A stretch of 64,000 bases of DNA, taken from the NCBI GenBank assembly GCA_028826165.1, contig JAPDFW010000137.1, positions 58,111 to 122,110 on the forward strand, given 5' to 3'. Origin of the DNA: Anaeramoeba ignava BMAN (taxonomy: Eukaryota; Protista; Anaeramoebae). Made by a program: the position numbers and the translations under genes. The notes beneath the pieces were generated by a model that saw only the letters and a list, made by a program, of their open reading frames with translations, had not been told where the DNA came from and did no database searches. This document shows positions 60,601 to 64,000 of the stretch, one piece after another (the stretch's first letter is position 1; every line of letters starts with the position of its first letter).

Positions 60601-62515
60601 ATTTTGATTTTTGATTTTGTTTTTTATTTTATTTTTATTTTTATTTTTATTTTTATTTTTATTTTTATTTTTATCTTTTATTTTTATTTTTATTTTATTT
60701 TTAGTTTTATTTTTAATTTTTATTTTATTTTTATTTTTATTTTTATTTTTATTTTTATTTTTATTTTTATTTTTATTTTTATTATTATTTTAGTTATTTT
60801 TATTTTTATTTTTATTTTTTTTGAGTTTTGATTTGATTTTGATTTTTATTTTTTGATTTTGATTTTGATTTTTATTTTTGATTTTGATTTTGATTTTGAT
60901 TTTGATTTTGGTTTGATTTTCATTTTGATTTGATTTTGATTTTGATTTTGATTTTGATTTTTGATTTTGATTTTTGATTTTTGATTTTGATTTTTGGTTT
61001 TTGATTTTGATTTTGATTTTTGAATTTGTTTTTGATTTTTGAATTTCATTTTGATTTTTTTGATTTTGATTTTTGATTTTTGATTTTGATTTTGAGAAAT
61101 AAAATCTTTGCTTTTCTCTTGTAAAACATAGTCCAATTATCTATCCAATTCCCTAAATTTTCTGTTTTGTAATTTACAATAATCTTAAAAAGAAAATTAT
61201 TTAATTTTCTTGAAAAAGTTGAATAAAAAATTTGCTTGGTTCATTTCCTGTAAATTCATTGAAAAAAAGATGAGTTAATTGATCACCATTTTGATAATAA
61301 TTTGTTTGGAAAAGTAAAGTTGTAGTTTCAATAAATTCTCCAATATTTTGATGATTAAATAAAAATTGTTGAATTTCATGATATATTTCTTCTGGTTTAA
61401 TATTTGAAAATACTTGGAAATCTTCAATTTGTTTTGATTTTTGACAAAAAAAATCAAATAAGAAAAATAATTTCATTTCAAATTTTTTTTCAGAAAAAAG
61501 AAAATCAACTAAAATATTCCTTAAATCTTCAATATGTGGTTCTTTTTGTATTAATATAAATGATTGAATTTCTTTTTCAATTGGTTGAAAGAAATTTTGA
61601 GATATTTTGGAATACTTCTTTCTTCAAAATATTATCCTGAATAAATTTTATGATATAAAAAATGGAATTAAAAATAAATGGAATGCACACATTTTGATCT
61701 TTTTGGAATTGAATTGAAACTTTTTAATTAAAGTTGGAACAACTTCTCCAAATTTAATATTTTCATTCCACATTTGTTTGTAAACCTGTGATCTCTTTTT
61801 CAATTTCTTTAGTTCTTTCCAACTTCTTTCTTTTTCTTTTTCTTTTTTTTTCTAACTTTTCTTTTTCCTGTTTTAATTGTTCAATTTTTTTTCATTTCTA
61901 AATCAAATTTAAAAATATTGTTATTTTTGAAATATCTGAATTGCTTGACAAAAAATAAAAGTTTTTCTTTCAAGTTTAAAATATCATTTTTGAATTATCT
62001 TTGAAATGTGACTCATGAAATTCATTTTGAATTATTTCTTGAATAATAACTTGACAAATTTCACCATCAGAATATTCTTCTTTTAAATTTTGATCAATGA
62101 AAAAAATAAAAATATGTTCTTCTTTTTCTTGATTTTTAAATGAAATTTTAATTTTGGATTTTTTTCCAGAAATTAAACGAGATGTAATAAAGCATTCTTT
62201 ATTTTTTTGTTTTTCAACGTTTTTAAATTGTTTTTTGGAATAAAAAATTGTTAAACTTTTTTCATTTTGATTTTGATTTTGATTTTGATTTTGATTTTGA
62301 TTTTTATTTTGATTTTGATTTTTATTTTGATTTTGATTTTGATTTTGATCTTGATTTTGATTTTGAAGACTTTTTTTGAGTAAATTTATTGTTTGTTCAT
62401 CAAATAAAAAAGAAACTAATTTATCATTATTATTATTTTGTGAATTTGGTTCATAAAGAAAAGTTGCATAAATATGAAAAGTTTTGAATTGGTTTTTGTT
62501 ATTTTTTAAACTCAT
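48674..62515 (-). CDS. RNF213: Giant RNF213/mysterin-like protein (AAA+ ring, E3 module, RZ finger) with degenerate catalytic motifs; several apparent frameshifts and at least 2 introns
   Basis: RNF213-like motifs in the expected order: SKISGMGKT, FHIEL, LTSNNLMKLINIHYRLIAKLPVIFIEG, ILFNDFNT, SLQDV..F..IFQW, NENI...IPLLII, KIQCS, YGIKDY, RNFG, SRHLMI, CIYEGKMLILL...LDDLFNQNY, NPNFRLIII, LLNQFEKH, FPFS, CEKGH...CEFC, RKLNPITFRIIRLLIH. Intron 55563-55644 is clear and a repeat-filled intron lies at about 60350-61100. The 5' structure beyond 60 kb is uncertain. Confidence 0.8.
60400..61092. repeat. (TTTTGA/TTTTTA)n microsatellite, probably intronic
   Basis: Direct reading of the sequence. Confidence 0.9.
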
Positions 62516-62646
62516 TTTTAATTTAAAAAAAAGGAAAAAAATGAAAAAAAAATGAAAAAAAATAATTTTCCTTTTTTTATTAAATTTATTTCTTGTTTTA
62601 AAAAAAAAAAGAGGAAAAAAAAATGGAGAAAAAAAAAAAAGAGGAA

Positions 62647-64000
62647 TTAAATTTCTGGACCAATTCTCAAACCGTAACCGAATAAATATTGGTCTCTAGG
62701 ATAATCAATTTCTGCTGATAAACGGAAGGGAAGCCAAAGGATGAAGCATTTCCTCAAAAAGCAATTTTACCTTTTTTACGCCTTAATCAAACTGTTTACT
62801 TTAACTTGTCTTAAACGGTAATAAAAACCGAAATCCATGACACTTTCTCCGTTGTCCAAATTATAGATAATTTCTGTGCCAAGACCGATTCTGTTTGAGA
62901 TTTTCTGGACATAAGAAGCGTTGAAATATTTGGCAGGAAAAGTGGAAAAGTTGTTGATACAACTGATTTTCAGTTGCGTATCTTGTTGAGAAGAGAAGCG
63001 TGAAGTTATCTCTTCATTTGTGAGTAATATGCAAGGTCTTCGATTCCTCCGCTTAATCTTGAATTTAAGGACTGATTGTACGATGTCTTGAATACTTTTT
63101 GATTCCTTCCTTTAATTGAAATACAAAATCCGCTGTAAATAATCTAGATCTATTAATATTCCTGATTCGGTCTTTTTTGCGATAGTAATGCTTGAATCGT
63201 TGTTACAATTGCTGTTTTTATTTGGTGTATATATTTTGCATTTAGTGTTCCAGTGTTATCTAGATGTCCGATTAATGCATACTTTTAAATGATTTCATAA
63301 ATTAATTTTAAATTTAATAAATTAATTTTAATTTTATAAATTTTTAATTTTATAAATGAATTTTAATTTTTATAAAATGTGAATTTTAATTTTAATTTTA
63401 ATTTTAATTTTGATTTTTAATTTTTAATTTTAATTTTAATTTTAATTTTTGATTTTAATTTTAATTTTAATTTTGATTTTAATTTTAATTTTAATTTTAA
63501 TTTTAATTTTAATTTTTAATTTTAATTTTTGTAAAATGAATTTTAATTTTAATTTTTAATTTTAATTTTAATTTAATTTTAATTTTAAAATTTTAATTTT
63601 GATTTAATTTAATTTTAATTTTAATTTGCACCTTTGATTTTAATTTTAATTTTTAATTTTAATTTTACAATTTTTAATTTTAATTTTTGATTTTAATTTT
63701 TAATTTTAATTTTTAATTTTAATTTTTAATTTTAAATTAAATTTTAAATTTGAATTTTGATTTCAATTTTATAAAATGAATTTAATTTTGATTTTAATTT
63801 TTGGAATTTCAATTTTAATTTTGATTTTGGTTCTTTTTAATTTTAAATTTTGTAATTTGAAATCTAAATTTATGTAAATTTAGTAATTATAATTTTAATT
63901 TTCAATTTTAATTGGATTTTCAATTTTAAACAAATTTTTGATTAAATTCTTGAATAAATTTACATGATCTCAAATAAATCTGTTAGAAACCTCTCTGACT
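62647..64000 (-). CDS. TOM40: Tom40 outer-membrane translocase channel: last exon 63281-62647, intron 63282-63963, upstream exon runs off the window; multiple indels
   Basis: Frame-hopping translation gives YALIGHLDNTGTLNAKY, DLDY, SYNQSLNSRLSGGIE, TRYAT, FNASYVQKISNRIGLGTEIIYN...DFGFYYRLRQ, EEML, and LSAEIDYPRDQYLFGYGLRIGPEI*. Compare plant Tom40 SYVQKISDKVSL...YILRQ...[21 protein letters not shown] (from memory). Confidence 0.85.
63300..63900. repeat. Degenerate (TTTTAA)n in the Tom40 intron
   Basis: Direct reading of the sequence. Confidence 0.88.

Noticed and set aside
48674-62515. Intein, transposase or viral insertion within the giant gene
   Set aside because: No Hint (C...HN) or LAGLIDADG blocks, and no RT or DDE motifs, were recognised by eye. 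The RNF213 motifs are collinear. An HMM scan would be needed to exclude this fully.
7140-62515. Functional cluster of ubiquitin and membrane-traffic genes (RNF213-like, Abraxas, UBL, BTB, RhoGEFs, TBC, ARM)
   Set aside because: These are large, common families in amoeboid genomes, and here they are interleaved with unrelated housekeeping genes. There is no evidence of co-regulation.
63045-63055. TCCTCCGCTTA matches the start of the ITS4 primer (antisense to LSU rRNA), suggesting an rRNA fragment or snoRNA guide in a GC-richer island
   Set aside because: It is the reverse complement of codons LSGG in the Tom40 exon. No other rRNA, snRNA or convincing C/D-box structure surrounds it.
1-64000. 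Alternative genetic code (TAA/TAG read as Gln), suggested by the CAA/TAA repeat variants
   Set aside because: Conserved exons (PP4, PIG-L, DNAJC2, TBC) have no in-frame TAA or TAG, and PIG-L and Tom40 end in TAA at the expected C-terminus.

Overview
This is very AT-rich, gene-dense, intron-containing eukaryotic nuclear DNA using the standard genetic code and GT-AG introns. The mix of NQ/NE low-complexity proteins, an RCC1-BTB protein, MGN-starting PAS proteins and TCATTT initiator-like motifs suggests an anaerobic metamonad amoeba such as Anaeramoeba; this is an inference, not a database match. About 21 protein-coding genes were reconstructed by hand. They include a PP4-like phosphatase, TFIIIA, PIG-L, two RhoGEFs, DNAJC2, two tandem THH1/TOM1-like 7TM paralogs, Abraxas, a beta-propeller/PT-stalk surface protein, an acylated ARM protein, UBL and Phe/Cys beta-helix ORFs, a small 4-TM protein, a SYCP2-like protein, RCC1-BTB, a TBC RabGAP, two PAS proteins, a 14-kb RNF213-like gene and Tom40. 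The 4-TM gene and Tom40 are absent from the ORF track. Most other ORFs in the track are microsatellite artefacts. Highlights: (1) an RNF213-like protein whose two catalytic AAA modules and RZ catalytic Cys are degenerate; (2) a myristoylation-motif PAS-GAF sensor with a prokaryote-type GAF and no output domain; (3) a ~170-bp satellite with higher-order structure; (4) a meiotic-axis gene; (5) about half of introns ending in AAG. Single-base frameshifts, mostly in homopolymers and denser after ~54 kb, probably reflect assembly error.
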